64,000 bases of DNA from Candidatus Marinacidobacterales bacterium (GCA_965224085.1 CBDCYI010000005.1:1600001-1664000); one strand, 5' to 3'. Counted from the first letter of the stretch, positions 1 through 10,869 are shown. The notes: generated by a model from the letters alone, not told the origin. Translations and numbers: made by a program.

Positions 1-804
1 CTTCACGCCCGTCCCCATCATGTAGCCGATGTGGTAAAGGCCCGTGGCCGCGAGCGCCGCAAAGATCTCGATGAGCTTCCGGTCCGAGAGGTTCAACACT
101 TGATGGGCGATCCCGTGTGGCACTTTGGGAAGACCGAAAGCGGCCGCTTCCTTCAGAAGCGGCACCGAGAAACGCATCGTGAGGTTTCGGACGAGCGTCG
201 GCGTGAGGGCTGTGACGAGCAGAAGCGAAGCGATCAGATCCGCCCACAGTACTCCCGAAACACCCCACCCGTTAACGATGAGCACAAGCTTGAGTCCGAT
301 ATTGACGCCGCTTCGCAAAAGCATCATGACCGTATAAGCTTTGGGCCGCTCGGTGATGCGAAAGAGGTTCATGGGGACGAAAGCAAAGGTGTTGAGGAGG
401 GTGTCGGCCGCAACAAGGATGATCCAGCCCCCTACTTGCGAAGACTCGACAACGTCGCCGAGAAGGAACCGCCCGAGGACGCTCGAGCCCACCACTGAGA
501 GCGCGAACCCAAAGGCGCTCACCGCGATCGCGGTCGCAAAGAGCGTCGTCGCGAGCATCTTGCGGTCGCGATCGGTCTTCTGCTCGTAATAGATGCGGAA
601 AAAGCCAGCATCGAGGCCGGAGCGGAACAAGATCTTCGTGAGCACGCTAAAGATGAGCAAGATGCTGAGCGCGCCGTAATCCACCGGCGCTAGGTAGGTC
701 GTGAAAACTGGAAGAAGAAAGAAGTTGATGAGATAGGGGATCACGTCCGCCACGCCGTAAATAGCGGAGTGCGTGGCGAGTTTTCCGAGCTCCGTCCGGA
801 TCAT
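1..804 (-). CDS. Wzx-type polysaccharide flippase (runs off the window's left edge)
   Basis: Manual translation MIRTELGKLATHSAIYGVADVIPYLINFFLLPVFTTYLAPVDYG...; multi-TM flippase N-terminal pattern; not in the ORF track. Confidence 0.85.
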   Translation of the reverse strand, partial: MIRTELGKLATHSAIYGVADVIPYLINFFLLPVFTTYLAPVDYGALSILLIFSVLTKILFRSGLDAGFFRIYYEQKTDRDRKMLATTLFATAIAVSAFGFALSVVGSSVLGRFLLGDVVESSQVGGWIILVAADTLLNTFAFVPMNLFRITERPKAYTVMMLLRSGVNIGLKLVLIVNGWGVSGVLWADLIASLLLVTALTPTLVRNLTMRFSVPLLKEAAAFGLPKVPHGIAHQVLNLSDRKLIEIFAALAATGLYHIGYMMGTGVK

Positions 805-833
805 GCGGCCGGAGTCATCATATATGGTTCGAC

Positions 834-2062
834 CTACTCGTAGTGGAGCGCAATCAAAGGATCAACCCGGGCCGCGCGTCGCGCAGGAACGATGCTCGCG
901 ACGAGGGCCAAGGCGAGCGATACGATCGCAACCGCACCATAGGTAGCGGCATCGGTCGTCGTGATGTTGAAAAGCAGCGCCTCCAAGAATCGCGAAGCGG
1001 TGAAGGCGGTCACGAGGCCTATCGCGAGTCCGCTAAGCGTCAGGAACAAGCCTTCCCGCACGACGAGACCCAATATGTCCCGCGTCTCCGCCCCGAGCGC
1101 CACGCGAATGCCGATCTCGCGCTGTCGCTGGCTGACGCTGTAAGCCATGAGCCCGTACAGGCCGATGGCGGCCAGGAGGATCGCGGTCGCGGCGAAGATG
1201 CTGAGTAGAAACGTGTTGAAGCGCGGCTCGGCCACCGAGTCCGAGATGACTGCGGAGAGCGGCATCACTTTGTAAATAGGAAGCGCCGGGTCGATGGCGT
1301 GGATCTCTTGCTGAGCGAGTGCGGTCAGCGCTTCGGGCTCTGCGCGACTTTTGAGCACGAGCGTCATGAACGGAAAAGGCGCTTGCTGGAACGAGCCGTA
1401 GACCTCGGCGCGCGGTTCCTGGTCGAGGCCGTTGTGGAGTACGTCGCTCACGATCCCCACGACCTCGAACCAATCTTCGCCGTCTTGGGTGAAGCGTTTT
1501 CCGATGGGATCTTCCGAAGGCCAGAACCGCTCGACGGCCGTTGTACTGACGACAGCTACCATGGGCGCGTATAGTTGCGGTCGTTCAACGTCAGCGTGTC
1601 GCCGAGCGCTCCCGATGCGCGCTCCCTGTACTCATAAGACAAGATGACGGTCTCCGCGTCGCTAGGATCGTCGGTAAAACCCCGTCCCAGATGTGGAAGC
1701 ACGTCCATCACATCAAAGAAATTAGGCGTGACTTCGACGCCGGCGAGCCGTTCGGGTAGGTCACCGCCTCCACGCGTCAGCAGAACGGGTGCGAAGGCGG
1801 CGAGTCCGTCGAAAGAAGCGTTCTGATCTTGCCAATCGATCAAGTTCGCGCCGGCAACATTGAGCTCAGCCCTGTCGGGCTCCGTTTCCCACACGACGAC
1901 GAGACGTTCCGCATCTCCGTAAGGGAGCGGACGCAGCAATACACTTTCGATGACACTGAAGATCGCAGTCGATGCACCGATGCCAAGTACCAACGTAACG
2001 GTCGCAGTCGCGAAGAAGCCAGGTTCTTTCGACAACGAGCGAAAAGTTGATCGAAAAATCAT
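834..2062 (-). pseudogene. ADOP/MacB-FtsX ABC permease with a large internal deletion and frameshift near 1560
   Basis: N-part (TLVLGIGASTAIFSVIESVLLRPLPY) joined out of frame to C-part (GLYGLMAYSVSQRQREIGIRVALGA); about 410 aa versus the usual ~800. Confidence 0.85.
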
Positions 2063-2289
2063 GTCGCTTCACCTCAAAGCTCTAACGTAACGCGCTCCGA
2101 CTGGGTTCCCGGACGGCATTTGCCCCCAGCGCTCTGTACTGGTACGCTTCAAGTGCCACCCTCCTCTTCTTACCCCTGAGGAAGTCCAAAAAGGAGCCGG
2201 GGTCTAACCCCGGCGGTGGCCCTCCCGGGGGTTTTCGCATAACCTCATTGTTACAATGAATTTAGCCGCCATGTCTCCTTTGTGGGACA

Positions 2290-2808
2290 CTAAACCGCGG
2301 CCATTTCCCGCGAAAGTGTCTCCCGAACCCTCGTAAGGAGCGCTTTCGTGAGGCCTACGCCGTCTCGCTCGCTGGCCTCGTTGCCTTCGTACTCAATGCC
2401 GATATAGCCGCTATAGCCGGCGTCCAGCACGATCCGCACCATGCGCTCGTAATCCGTCCGAATCTCGTTGCCCGAAGCGTCGAAATCGTGGGATTTAGCG
2501 CTCACGGCTTTAGCGTAGGGCATGAGCTCCTCTACGCCTTCGCCGTCGGCGCGCGATTTCATCTCGCTCAGATAGGTGCGATCCCGGGCTTTGTCCATGA
2601 AGAACACGTTGACGCATTCGATCGCGTCGATGCCGAAGTCGCGCTTAGCGACCCGCGCGAAATCGAGATGCTCCATCTGACCACCTCGGAGCGCACGATG
2701 GAACGACCACTCCGCCAGTGAGATATGGAAGAGACGCGTCTGAGCTCTCGTGAGAGCGAGGGCTGGCCCGAGGGCCGGAACGAGGAAGAGGAACTCACGA
2801 CGATGCAT
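2290..2808 (-). pseudogene. Tat-signal sugar-phosphate isomerase/epimerase (TIM barrel) with in-frame internal deletion
   Basis: MHRREFL signal, ISLAEWSFHR, then jumps directly from DGEGV to EELMPYAKAVSAKS...GIEYEG. Confidence 0.7.
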
Positions 2809-2920
2809 GGTCCGGAGATTGTATAATCCTTGCCTTGAGCACCGATAGCGAGACACTGGTGCTCGTCGGCGATCCCAAGCTCGAGCCCGGCGAGATCCGA
2901 AAACTCCGCGAGCTCACGCT

Positions 2921-3631
2921 ATGCAAGTCCTAGGTGTTATCCCCGCCCGTGGCGGCTCGAAATCGGTTCCGCGCAAGAACCTTCAGCTCGTGGAGAGCCG
3001 CCCGCTCATCGCTTATGTCATCGACGCGGCGAAAAACGCGTCGCGCCTCGACCGCTTCGTCGTCTCCACCGAAGACGAGGAGATTGCCGAGGTGGCGCGT
3101 GAGCTGGGGGCCGAAGTTCCCTTTCGCCGGCCGGACGAGCTTGCGACCGACGACGTGTCCATCGTCCCCGTCGTGCGCCACGCCATGGAGATGATGGATA
3201 GGGCGGGCTTTCGCGCTGACGCCGTCTTGTCGCTCCAAGCGACCGCGCCTTTTCTCGAAGCGGAGGACATTGACCGCGCCATCGAGAAGCTCGCCTCCAG
3301 TGGCGCCGACTGCGTCGTATCGGTCGAGCGTCTCGAGCACAGCCACCCTTATTGGGTGAAACGTCTCGAGGGGGATCGCGTCCATCCTTTCAACGACGCG
3401 AGCGACGACTCTTATCTCCAGCGCCAGGATCTGCCGCCGGCTTTTATTCTCGATGGCGGCATGTTCGTCCGCCGCCGTGAGCTTTTAGAGAGCTGGAGCG
3501 GGAAGGATTTCGGCCTCGGCGAAGATGTGCGAGCGGTGGAGCTCGGCGGGCTCAAATCGCTCCACATCGACGATGCGTTGGAGCTCGACATAGTGCGTTT
3601 CTTCATGAAAGAGAAAGCAGGTGGACGTTGA
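2921..3631 (+). CDS. acylneuraminate cytidylyltransferase (NeuA/PseF family)
   Basis: IPARGGSKSVPRKN, LQATAPF, RQDLP motifs. Confidence 0.92.
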   Translation: MQVLGVIPARGGSKSVPRKNLQLVESRPLIAYVIDAAKNASRLDRFVVSTEDEEIAEVARELGAEVPFRRPDELATDDVSIVPVVRHAMEMMDRAGFRADAVLSLQATAPFLEAEDIDRAIEKLASSGADCVVSVERLEHSHPYWVKRLEGDRVHPFNDASDDSYLQRQDLPPAFILDGGMFVRRRELLESWSGKDFGLGEDVRAVELGGLKSLHIDDALELDIVRFFMKEKAGGR

Positions 3632-4650
3632 TTATAGGGAAGATAAGCGCGCGTCGCATTGGGGACGGTGCTCCGGCGTTTATTCTCGGTGAAGTCGCGT
3701 CCGCGCACCAAGGCGAGGCCGACCACGCGATAGCGCTCGCAAAAAGCGCCCAGGCGGCCGGCGCTGAAGCCGTGAAATTCCAACTCTTCCGCGCCGGAGC
3801 TCTCGTCGCACCGAACGATCCGAACCGTGCGACTTTCGATCAAATCGAACTCTCCATCGCCGAGTGGGAGCGGGTGCTGGGCGAAGCGAAGACGCTTGCG
3901 GTCCCGGTCTTCGCTGACATCTTCGACCGCACAAGTCTCGATCTCGGAGAAAAGATGGACGTCGCCGCTTACAAGATCCACTCGACCGACATGGAGAACC
4001 CCGCATTCATCCACGCCGTGGCGGCAACGGGAAAACCCATACTCCTGTCGACAGGAGGCTCGGGTCTTGGCGTCGTGGAGGCGTCGATCGACGTGGTGCG
4101 GTCCGAAGGCAACGAAAACCTGATGCTCCTCCACGGCGTCCAGAACTTCCCGACTAAAACCGCGGACTCCCAGCTCCGCTACATCGAGACGCTGAAACGC
4201 CTGTTCGGCCTTCCCGTAGGGTTCTTGGATCACGTCGACGGAGGCTCGGAGATGGCGGCGATGCTCCCGGCGCTCGCGGTTGCCTTTGGAGCCGATCTAG
4301 TGGAGAAGCACATGACGCTCGATAGCGCGGCCAAAGGCTTCGACTACCAATCGGCGCTCGAAGAAGACAGCTTTCGAAAAATGGTCGCGCTCATCCGTGA
4401 GGCCGAGACCGCCTTCGGAGAGCCCGGCCTCGTTGAAAGCGAAGGTGCGGCGCGCTATCACGGCATGATGCGGCGCGCGACTCTGAGCGCGGTCGCCCTG
4501 ACGCAAGGCGTGCCCATTGCCGACGAGCAGCTCGTATTTCTGCGGAACGACAAAGGCCTCTCGCCCGGCGCCGCCGAGCGCATCGTGGGCCGGAAGCCGC
4601 GCCGGGACATCGTGGCCTTCGAGCCGCTCACGGAGGACCTATTTGAGTAA
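3628..4650 (+). CDS. N-acetylneuraminate synthase family (NeuB/SpsE) copy 1
   Basis: EVASAHQG, AVKFQ, YKIHS, VEKHMT, C-terminal SAF-like domain. Confidence 0.9.
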   Translation: MIIGKISARRIGDGAPAFILGEVASAHQGEADHAIALAKSAQAAGAEAVKFQLFRAGALVAPNDPNRATFDQIELSIAEWERVLGEAKTLAVPVFADIFDRTSLDLGEKMDVAAYKIHSTDMENPAFIHAVAATGKPILLSTGGSGLGVVEASIDVVRSEGNENLMLLHGVQNFPTKTADSQLRYIETLKRLFGLPVGFLDHVDGGSEMAAMLPALAVAFGADLVEKHMTLDSAAKGFDYQSALEEDSFRKMVALIREAETAFGEPGLVESEGAARYHGMMRRATLSAVALTQGVPIADEQLVFLRNDKGLSPGAAERIVGRKPRRDIVAFEPLTEDLFE

Positions 4651-5437
4651 CAAGAGACAAAGCGCACTCTGGGAGGACGGTCGCGTGCTCATCGCCGTTT
4701 CCGCTCGCATGCGCTCCGAGCGCTGTCCGGGAAAGGCGATGGCGACTCTCGCAGGAAAGCCGCTTCTCATCCATCTTCTGGAGCGGCTAGCTTCGCTAAG
4801 CGGCAAGCGGGCGATCGTGGTCGCCACCTCGGTGTCGAGCGAGAACGACGTGCTCGTCGAAGCAGCCGAAACGCACGGCATCAGGACCTTCCGGGGCGTC
4901 GAGGACGATGTTCTCGGCCGTTTGCTCGCGCTTTGTGGAGAGCTGGGCGCCGAGCACCTCGTCCGTGTCACGGGTGACAACCCCTTGACCGACTTGCCGC
5001 TCATCGAAACACTTGTTGCGCTCCACTTGAAAGAGGACAGTGACTACACCTATGTCCCCGGCGGCGCGCTCCTCATGGGCATCCTGACGGAAGTGATTTC
5101 CCGCAGCGCGCTCGAGACGAGCCACCGCGACGGTGAGGATCGCCACCGCTCGGAGCTCGTCACGCTCTATATCAAGGAGAACCCGGAACGGTTCCGCATC
5201 GCGCGCGCCGAGCTCCCCGAAGAGCTCTATCGCCCGCACTATCGGCTCACCGTGGACGAGCCCGACGACCTCGTGCTCATGGGGCGTATCTTCGATAAAC
5301 TGTATCGTTCGGACTCTGTGCTCTCGACGGCCGACGCTATCCGTCTGCTGGACGAGGAGCCGGCGCTCGCCGCGATCAACGCGCACATCGCGCACGCCGC
5401 GCACAACATACGCTCGGTGAAGTTGGATGATAAATGA
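4643..5437 (+). CDS. SpsF-like cytidylyltransferase
   Basis: ARMRSERCPGK, RVTGDNPL, RLTVDEPDD; TTG start at 4643 with GGAGG upstream. Confidence 0.85.
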   Translation: MSNKRQSALWEDGRVLIAVSARMRSERCPGKAMATLAGKPLLIHLLERLASLSGKRAIVVATSVSSENDVLVEAAETHGIRTFRGVEDDVLGRLLALCGELGAEHLVRVTGDNPLTDLPLIETLVALHLKEDSDYTYVPGGALLMGILTEVISRSALETSHRDGEDRHRSELVTLYIKENPERFRIARAELPEELYRPHYRLTVDEPDDLVLMGRIFDKLYRSDSVLSTADAIRLLDEEPALAAINAHIAHAAHNIRSVKLDDK

Positions 5438-6489
5438 AGACACAAGAGATTAATTTTGGAGGCAGGCTCGTAGGAGAAGGCCACCCAGCATTCGTCATTG
5501 CCGAGGCCGGCGTCAATCACAATGGCGACCTCGAGCTCGGAAAGACGCTCATTCGAGAAGCGAAAGCCGCCGGCGCCGATGCCATCAAATTCCAGAGCTA
5601 CAAAGCCGGGAAGATATCGACCCGCACGGCTCCACGCTATTGGGTCGAAGCCGACGACCCGGACGGAAGCCAATATGACAGCTTCAAGAAGCTCGATCGA
5701 TTCGGTCCCGAGGAGCACGCGGAGCTTTTCCGTTATGCCAAAGAGCTCGACCTCCTGTGCTTCTCCGCGCCTTTCGACGAGGAAGCGGTGGACATGCTCG
5801 ACGAGCTCGGGACACCCGGATTCAAAATTGCATCGGCGGACCTGACCGACCATCCGCTCATTGAAAAAGCGGCCCAAAAAGGCAAGCCCATGTTCCTCTC
5901 GACCGGGCTCGCAACGATCCCGGAGATCGGAGAAGCGCTGGGCGTCGTGCGCGCGCAAGGCAACGATCAGATCGTTCTTCTTCACTGCACGCTCCAATAT
6001 CCGTGCGATGCCGAGAACGCCAATCTGAGGATGATGCTCCACATGAAGGCGGCGTTTCCGGATGTTCCGGTCGGGCTTTCCGATCACACCCTCGGCATTG
6101 CCGTGCCCCAAGCAGCGGTCGCGCTCGGCGCGGTTGCGGTGGAAAAACACTACACCGTCGACAAGACGCTCCCGGTAAGCGCCGACCACTATCTTTCGGT
6201 CGACCCTTACGAGCTGAAGCAGATGATGGAAGCGATCCGCACCATCGAGCAGGCAATGGGCCGCTACGAGAAAGGCCCGGTGGAGGCCGAGGCCGAAGCC
6301 TACCGCTTCGCCCGCCGTAGCATCATCTCCGCGACCGACATCCCAGAAGGCTCGACCATCACGCGCGAGATGCTGACCTTCAAACGCCCTGGCACCGGTA
6401 TCTATCCAAAATTCGTCGATCTCGTCGTCGGCCGTACGGCCAAGACCGACATCGCCGAAGACACCGTGCTCGAATGGAAGTTGATTTGA
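5434..6489 (+). CDS. N-acetylneuraminate synthase family (NeuB/SpsE) copy 2
   Basis: IAEAGVNHNG, GLSDHT, VEKHYT, KRPGTGI. Confidence 0.93.
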   Translation: MKTQEINFGGRLVGEGHPAFVIAEAGVNHNGDLELGKTLIREAKAAGADAIKFQSYKAGKISTRTAPRYWVEADDPDGSQYDSFKKLDRFGPEEHAELFRYAKELDLLCFSAPFDEEAVDMLDELGTPGFKIASADLTDHPLIEKAAQKGKPMFLSTGLATIPEIGEALGVVRAQGNDQIVLLHCTLQYPCDAENANLRMMLHMKAAFPDVPVGLSDHTLGIAVPQAAVALGAVAVEKHYTVDKTLPVSADHYLSVDPYELKQMMEAIRTIEQAMGRYEKGPVEAEAEAYRFARRSIISATDIPEGSTITREMLTFKRPGTGIYPKFVDLVVGRTAKTDIAEDTVLEWKLI

Positions 6490-6505
6490 GCCGGCCATAC
6501 CTGCC

Positions 6506-8215
6506 ATGAAAAACGGCCTCCGCGTCATCGCTGTCGTCCCTGCGCGCGGGGGCGATCCCGAAGTGCCCTATCTCAACATCAAGCGGCTCGGGGCACTCCC
6601 CCTCATCGCACATACGTTGCGCGAGGCCGAGGAGAGCAAATATATCGACCGCCTCATCGTCTCGACCGACGACGACCATGTGGCAAGAGTCGCGCGCGAA
6701 TACGACGCCGAAGTCGTGAAACGGCCGAAGAAGCTGGCGAAAGACCTTTCCGAGATCCGGACGGTCATCCGGCATGCGGTTGAGACCGTCGAAGCGGAGA
6801 GCGACACTCGGTTCGACATCGTCGTGACGCTCCAGGCGACGTCCCCGTTTCGGCGCGCGGAGCAGATCGACAGCGCCATCGAAGAGCTCATCCGAAAGGG
6901 CTTCGATGCCGTCATCTCACTCAACGAGGTGCGGGCACTCACTTGGCATCGCCCACGGGGAAAGCTCGAGCCGTTATTCGAGCGCGCGGGACGCCGCGAC
7001 GAGCTCGAGCCGCTTTATCACGAAGACGGGGCCATCCGGGCTTTGCGGCGCGACGTACTCGACTCGGAGCCTAGGCTCGGCGAGAACGTCGGGCACATCC
7101 TCATGGACAAAATGTCCGCGCTCACCGTCCATGACATCTATGACTTCTGGCTCGCGGAGAAGCTCGTCCACCTGCCGCGGGTCCTATTCCGCGTCGACGG
7201 CGGCGGCGAGATGGGGATGGGTCACGTGCTCCGGAGCCTAGCGGTGGCGGAGGCTTTGACCAAAATCGCCCCGCACGCCGATGTCTGCTTTCTCATGCGC
7301 GCCGACCCGCCCGAAGGCATCCAGCATATCGCCCGGATCGGCTATTCCGTGCGTGTAGCACCCGGCGACGAGTTGACGACCCTCGTCGACGTCATCCGGG
7401 ACTACTCGCCCAACATTATCGTCAATGATCGCCCCTTTCTGGAGAAAGACTACTTGGTAGCACTCGCCGGGCTGGGCGCGTCGACAGTAAACCTCGTGGA
7501 CTCGCTCGATGATATCGAGAACCCTTCCGAGCTGGCCTCGATCATCATCGCGACGATGCAGGAGGGCGAGGTCGAGCTCGACGATTACCACGCAGGTCCG
7601 GCTTTCGCGATCTTGCGCGACTCGTTTCAAAAGAAAGTCAGCGAGGCGACGGTGACCCCGAAACAAGGCAAGCGTGTCGTCGTGAGCTTCGGTGGGAGCG
7701 ACCCGCAGAACTTGACGATGAAGGCGCTCGAGGCCCTCGCCGACATCCCCGCGCTCGAAGTCACGGTCGTGCTCGGCCCTGCCTACGGTTATCGCGAGCA
7801 GCTCGATAAGCTCGTGCCAAGGCTTTCGTACCGTCCGAACGTCTTGAAAAACGTCGAGCACATGGCGGATATCCTGGTGGAAGCCGACCTCGTGCTGTGC
7901 TCCGGCGGGATGACCGTCTTCGAGATCGCCGCGCTCGGCCGTCCCGGCATGGTCCTTTGTCAGAACCGGCGCGAGCGGGAGCGCATGGACGGGTTCTCTC
8001 GCTATAAAACGATCGAGCATCTCGGCCTCGGCACCGATGTCAGTGTGGAAGAGATCGGCAGGAAAGCCAGAGCACTTCTGAAGGATCGAGACGCGCGCCA
8101 ACAAATGAGCGAAGCGGGCGCCCGCCTCGTCGACGCACGAGGTGCGACGCGGGTCTACGAAGTGATGAAGAAGGCGGGCAGTAAGGGCCCGGCAAACGGA
8201 GGTCGTTGGTTGTGA
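6506..8215 (+). CDS. fusion of a degenerate cytidylyltransferase domain and a PseG/SpsG-type UDP-sugar hydrolase domain
   Basis: N-term VPARGG...LQATSPFR; C-term FRVDGGGEMGMGHVLRS, SFGGSDP, GGMTVFE. Confidence 0.85.
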   Translation: MKNGLRVIAVVPARGGDPEVPYLNIKRLGALPLIAHTLREAEESKYIDRLIVSTDDDHVARVAREYDAEVVKRPKKLAKDLSEIRTVIRHAVETVEAESDTRFDIVVTLQATSPFRRAEQIDSAIEELIRKGFDAVISLNEVRALTWHRPRGKLEPLFERAGRRDELEPLYHEDGAIRALRRDVLDSEPRLGENVGHILMDKMSALTVHDIYDFWLAEKLVHLPRVLFRVDGGGEMGMGHVLRSLAVAEALTKIAPHADVCFLMRADPPEGIQHIARIGYSVRVAPGDELTTLVDVIRDYSPNIIVNDRPFLEKDYLVALAGLGASTVNLVDSLDDIENPSELASIIIATMQEGEVELDDYHAGPAFAILRDSFQKKVSEATVTPKQGKRVVVSFGGSDPQNLTMKALEALADIPALEVTVVLGPAYGYREQLDKLVPRLSYRPNVLKNVEHMADILVEADLVLCSGGMTVFEIAALGRPGMVLCQNRRERERMDGFSRYKTIEHLGLGTDVSVEEIGRKARALLKDRDARQQMSEAGARLVDARGATRVYEVMKKAGSKGPANGGRWL

Positions 8216-9174
8216 AACTCCTCATCACGGGAGGCGCGGGTTTCATCGGCTCCCACCTCTCTGAAGCTCTTCTCGAACGCGGCGACGAGGTCTACGTGCT
8301 CGACGATCTTTCGACCGGCAGCATCGAGAACATCGACTATTTCAAATACCACGAGCGCCTTCACTACACCATCGACACCGTCATGAACGAGCCCGTCACC
8401 GCGGAGCACGTTGACCGAGTCGACGTCGTTGTCCATTTGGCAGCTGCCGTTGGCGTGCGCCTCATCGTCGAAAGCCCAGTGCACACCATCGAGACCAACG
8501 TCCACGGCACGGAGACCTTGCTGAAGCTTGCGAACAAGAAGAAGAAAAAAGTGCTCCTCGCCTCGACCTCGGAAGTCTATGGCAAGAGCACCGACATCCC
8601 GTTTCGAGAGGACTCGGATCTCGTCATGGGCGCGACCAACAAAGGGCGCTGGAGCTACGCGTGCTCGAAGGCTATCGATGAGTTTCTCGGCCTTGCTTAC
8701 TACAAAGAGAGGAAGCTCCCGGTCGTCGTGGTGCGTCTTTTCAATACGGTCGGGCCGCGGCAGACGGGCCGCTACGGGATGGTTATCCCGAACTTCGTGC
8801 GCCAAGCGCTTGCGGGCCAGCCGATCACGGTCTTCGGCGACGGATCTCAGAGCCGCTGTTTCACGGATGTTTCGGACGTCGTGGGCGGCCTGCTCGGCCT
8901 CATCGACCATCCCGACGTCGCGGGCGAGGTCTTCAACATCGGGTCGCAGCAAGAAGTGAGCATCCTGGAGCTCGCCGAGAAGGTGAAAGCGATGACGAAG
9001 AGCAAGTCAGAGATCGTCCTCGTGCCATACGAAAAAGCTTATGAGGAGGGCTTCGAAGACATGCCGCGGCGTGTTCCCGATACGGGCAAGATCGCAAAGC
9101 TCGTCGGTTACAAGCCGACGGTGAGCCTCGAGCAGATTCTCGAGCGCGTGATCGCCTATCTGTCTAATTCCTAG
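8212..9174 (+). CDS. NAD-dependent nucleotide-sugar epimerase/dehydratase (extended SDR)
   Basis: ITGGAGFIGS, STSEVYG, YACSK, RLFNTVGPRQ. Confidence 0.9.
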   Translation: MKLLITGGAGFIGSHLSEALLERGDEVYVLDDLSTGSIENIDYFKYHERLHYTIDTVMNEPVTAEHVDRVDVVVHLAAAVGVRLIVESPVHTIETNVHGTETLLKLANKKKKKVLLASTSEVYGKSTDIPFREDSDLVMGATNKGRWSYACSKAIDEFLGLAYYKERKLPVVVVRLFNTVGPRQTGRYGMVIPNFVRQALAGQPITVFGDGSQSRCFTDVSDVVGGLLGLIDHPDVAGEVFNIGSQQEVSILELAEKVKAMTKSKSEIVLVPYEKAYEEGFEDMPRRVPDTGKIAKLVGYKPTVSLEQILERVIAYLSNS

Positions 9175-9186
9175 AGCTCGTTTCTA

Positions 9187-10845
9187 TTGATGCGAGACCC
9201 CTTTCTCCTCGTTGTTCTGGTGGTGGCCGCGGCACTGCGGCTCTACGGTCTCGACCACGGGCTTCCCTTCGTTTACAACCCGGACGAAGCGAACATCATG
9301 GCGCGGTCGCTAGCGGTCGCCCGCGGCCTCGACCCTGGCTACTATCTCTACCCGAGCTTCTTTTTCTATTTACTCTTCGGCGTCATGGGAGCGCTCTACG
9401 TGGCGGGCCGGGCGGTCGGCCGCTACGACAGTCTCAGCGCGTTTCAGGAGCGGTTCTTTACCGACCCGACAGACTTCTACCTCGCGGGGCGTCTCGTGGG
9501 CGTGGCCGCATCGCTCGCGACGGTCGTTCTCACGTACCACCTCGCGGCGAAACATTTCGGTCGCACCGCCGGCCGCGCGAGCGCGCTCTTCGTCGCGGTG
9601 GCCTACTTTCATGTTCGGGACGCGCATTACCTGAAGCACGATGTGCCGAGTGGCTTTCTTCTGATACTCGCGCTTTGCGCGATCGACCGCGCGATCGAAC
9701 GAAAAACGCTCGAGGCCTATGGCGTCGCCGGCGTAGCACTCGGCGTCGCGTTCGCGACGCACTACTACATGATTTTTCTCGCGCCGGCATTTGTCGCGTT
9801 TCAGTGGGCGAGCAGGCGGCTCGAGCAGTTCTCGCACGTCATCGCCGCGGGCGCGGTGTCGGCGGTGACGTTTTTTCTGCTATCGCCTTTCGTCGTTCTC
9901 CGTCTTCCCGTGGCGCTCGAGCACATGCGAGCGAACCGGCAGGTCGTCGTTGATCGTAGCCTCGACATGGGGGCGAGGATCTTCCCGAGCCTCGGGCTCT
10001 ATGTCGACTTCCTTCTTACGCAAGGGCTCGGCTATCTGCTCGTCGGCATAACCATCGCGGGCGTCCTCCTCGCCTGGCGGCGCGGCCTCACGGAGCTCGC
10101 GCTCTGGGGTGTTTTTCCAGCGCTTTTTTTCGCGTTCATTACTTATACGTTCTTCGCGGGGCGTTATCTCAACCCCATCTTGCCTTGCTTGGCCGTTTTC
10201 GCCGGCCTTACGATCGCGAGCCTCGAGAGGCGTTTCGGAAAAGCTGTCGCGGGACTCGTCGCCGGGCTCGCGTGCCTTCAGCCGCTCTATCAATCGATCC
10301 AGATCGACCGCTTGCTTGCCGGGGACGATACACGCACCCTGGCGCGTCACTGGATCGTCGAGAACGTTCCCTCAGGCGAAACGCTGGTGCTGCAGTCCTT
10401 CTCGGTGCCGATCCCGCAATCCGCGGCTAGCTTTCGGGGAAACCTCGAAGCCAATGACGGGCTCCGTGAGCTTGAGCGAGGAGGAAAATATGCCTCGCTC
10501 CTCGAAGTTGCTGAGCGAGAGACAACGTCCTACGGGCTCTATTTCTTCGGAAAAGGCGATGAGCTCAACCGGATCTATGTCGGCTATGACGAGCTCCTCG
10601 ATGGGCTCACACCCTTAAGAAAGCTCGGTGTTTCCAAGGTCGTCTTGCGGCATCCTCCCGCGGCGCCGCCGCCCAAGGTCACAGCCCTTTTCGAGCGAGT
10701 CGCGCGGGAAGCGGCGTTGCTCCACACCGTCTCCCCATTCGAGGATGCGCACGGGCCCCCTTACTTGGACAACGAAGACTGGCCACCACGAGCGTCGCTT
10801 TTGCGCAAAGGACCCAAGATCGAGATCTGGGCTCTCGAGCCGTAA
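9187..10845 (+). CDS. GT-C fold membrane glycosyltransferase (ArnT/PMT-like)
   Basis: YNPDE motif after the first TM helix, many TM helices, periplasmic C-terminal domain. Confidence 0.8.
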   Translation: MMRDPFLLVVLVVAAALRLYGLDHGLPFVYNPDEANIMARSLAVARGLDPGYYLYPSFFFYLLFGVMGALYVAGRAVGRYDSLSAFQERFFTDPTDFYLAGRLVGVAASLATVVLTYHLAAKHFGRTAGRASALFVAVAYFHVRDAHYLKHDVPSGFLLILALCAIDRAIERKTLEAYGVAGVALGVAFATHYYMIFLAPAFVAFQWASRRLEQFSHVIAAGAVSAVTFFLLSPFVVLRLPVALEHMRANRQVVVDRSLDMGARIFPSLGLYVDFLLTQGLGYLLVGITIAGVLLAWRRGLTELALWGVFPALFFAFITYTFFAGRYLNPILPCLAVFAGLTIASLERRFGKAVAGLVAGLACLQPLYQSIQIDRLLAGDDTRTLARHWIVENVPSGETLVLQSFSVPIPQSAASFRGNLEANDGLRELERGGKYASLLEVAERETTSYGLYFFGKGDELNRIYVGYDELLDGLTPLRKLGVSKVVLRHPPAAPPPKVTALFERVAREAALLHTVSPFEDAHGPPYLDNEDWPPRASLLRKGPKIEIWALEP

Positions 10846-10869
10846 GCGGGCAATGTCGGACACAAAGAA

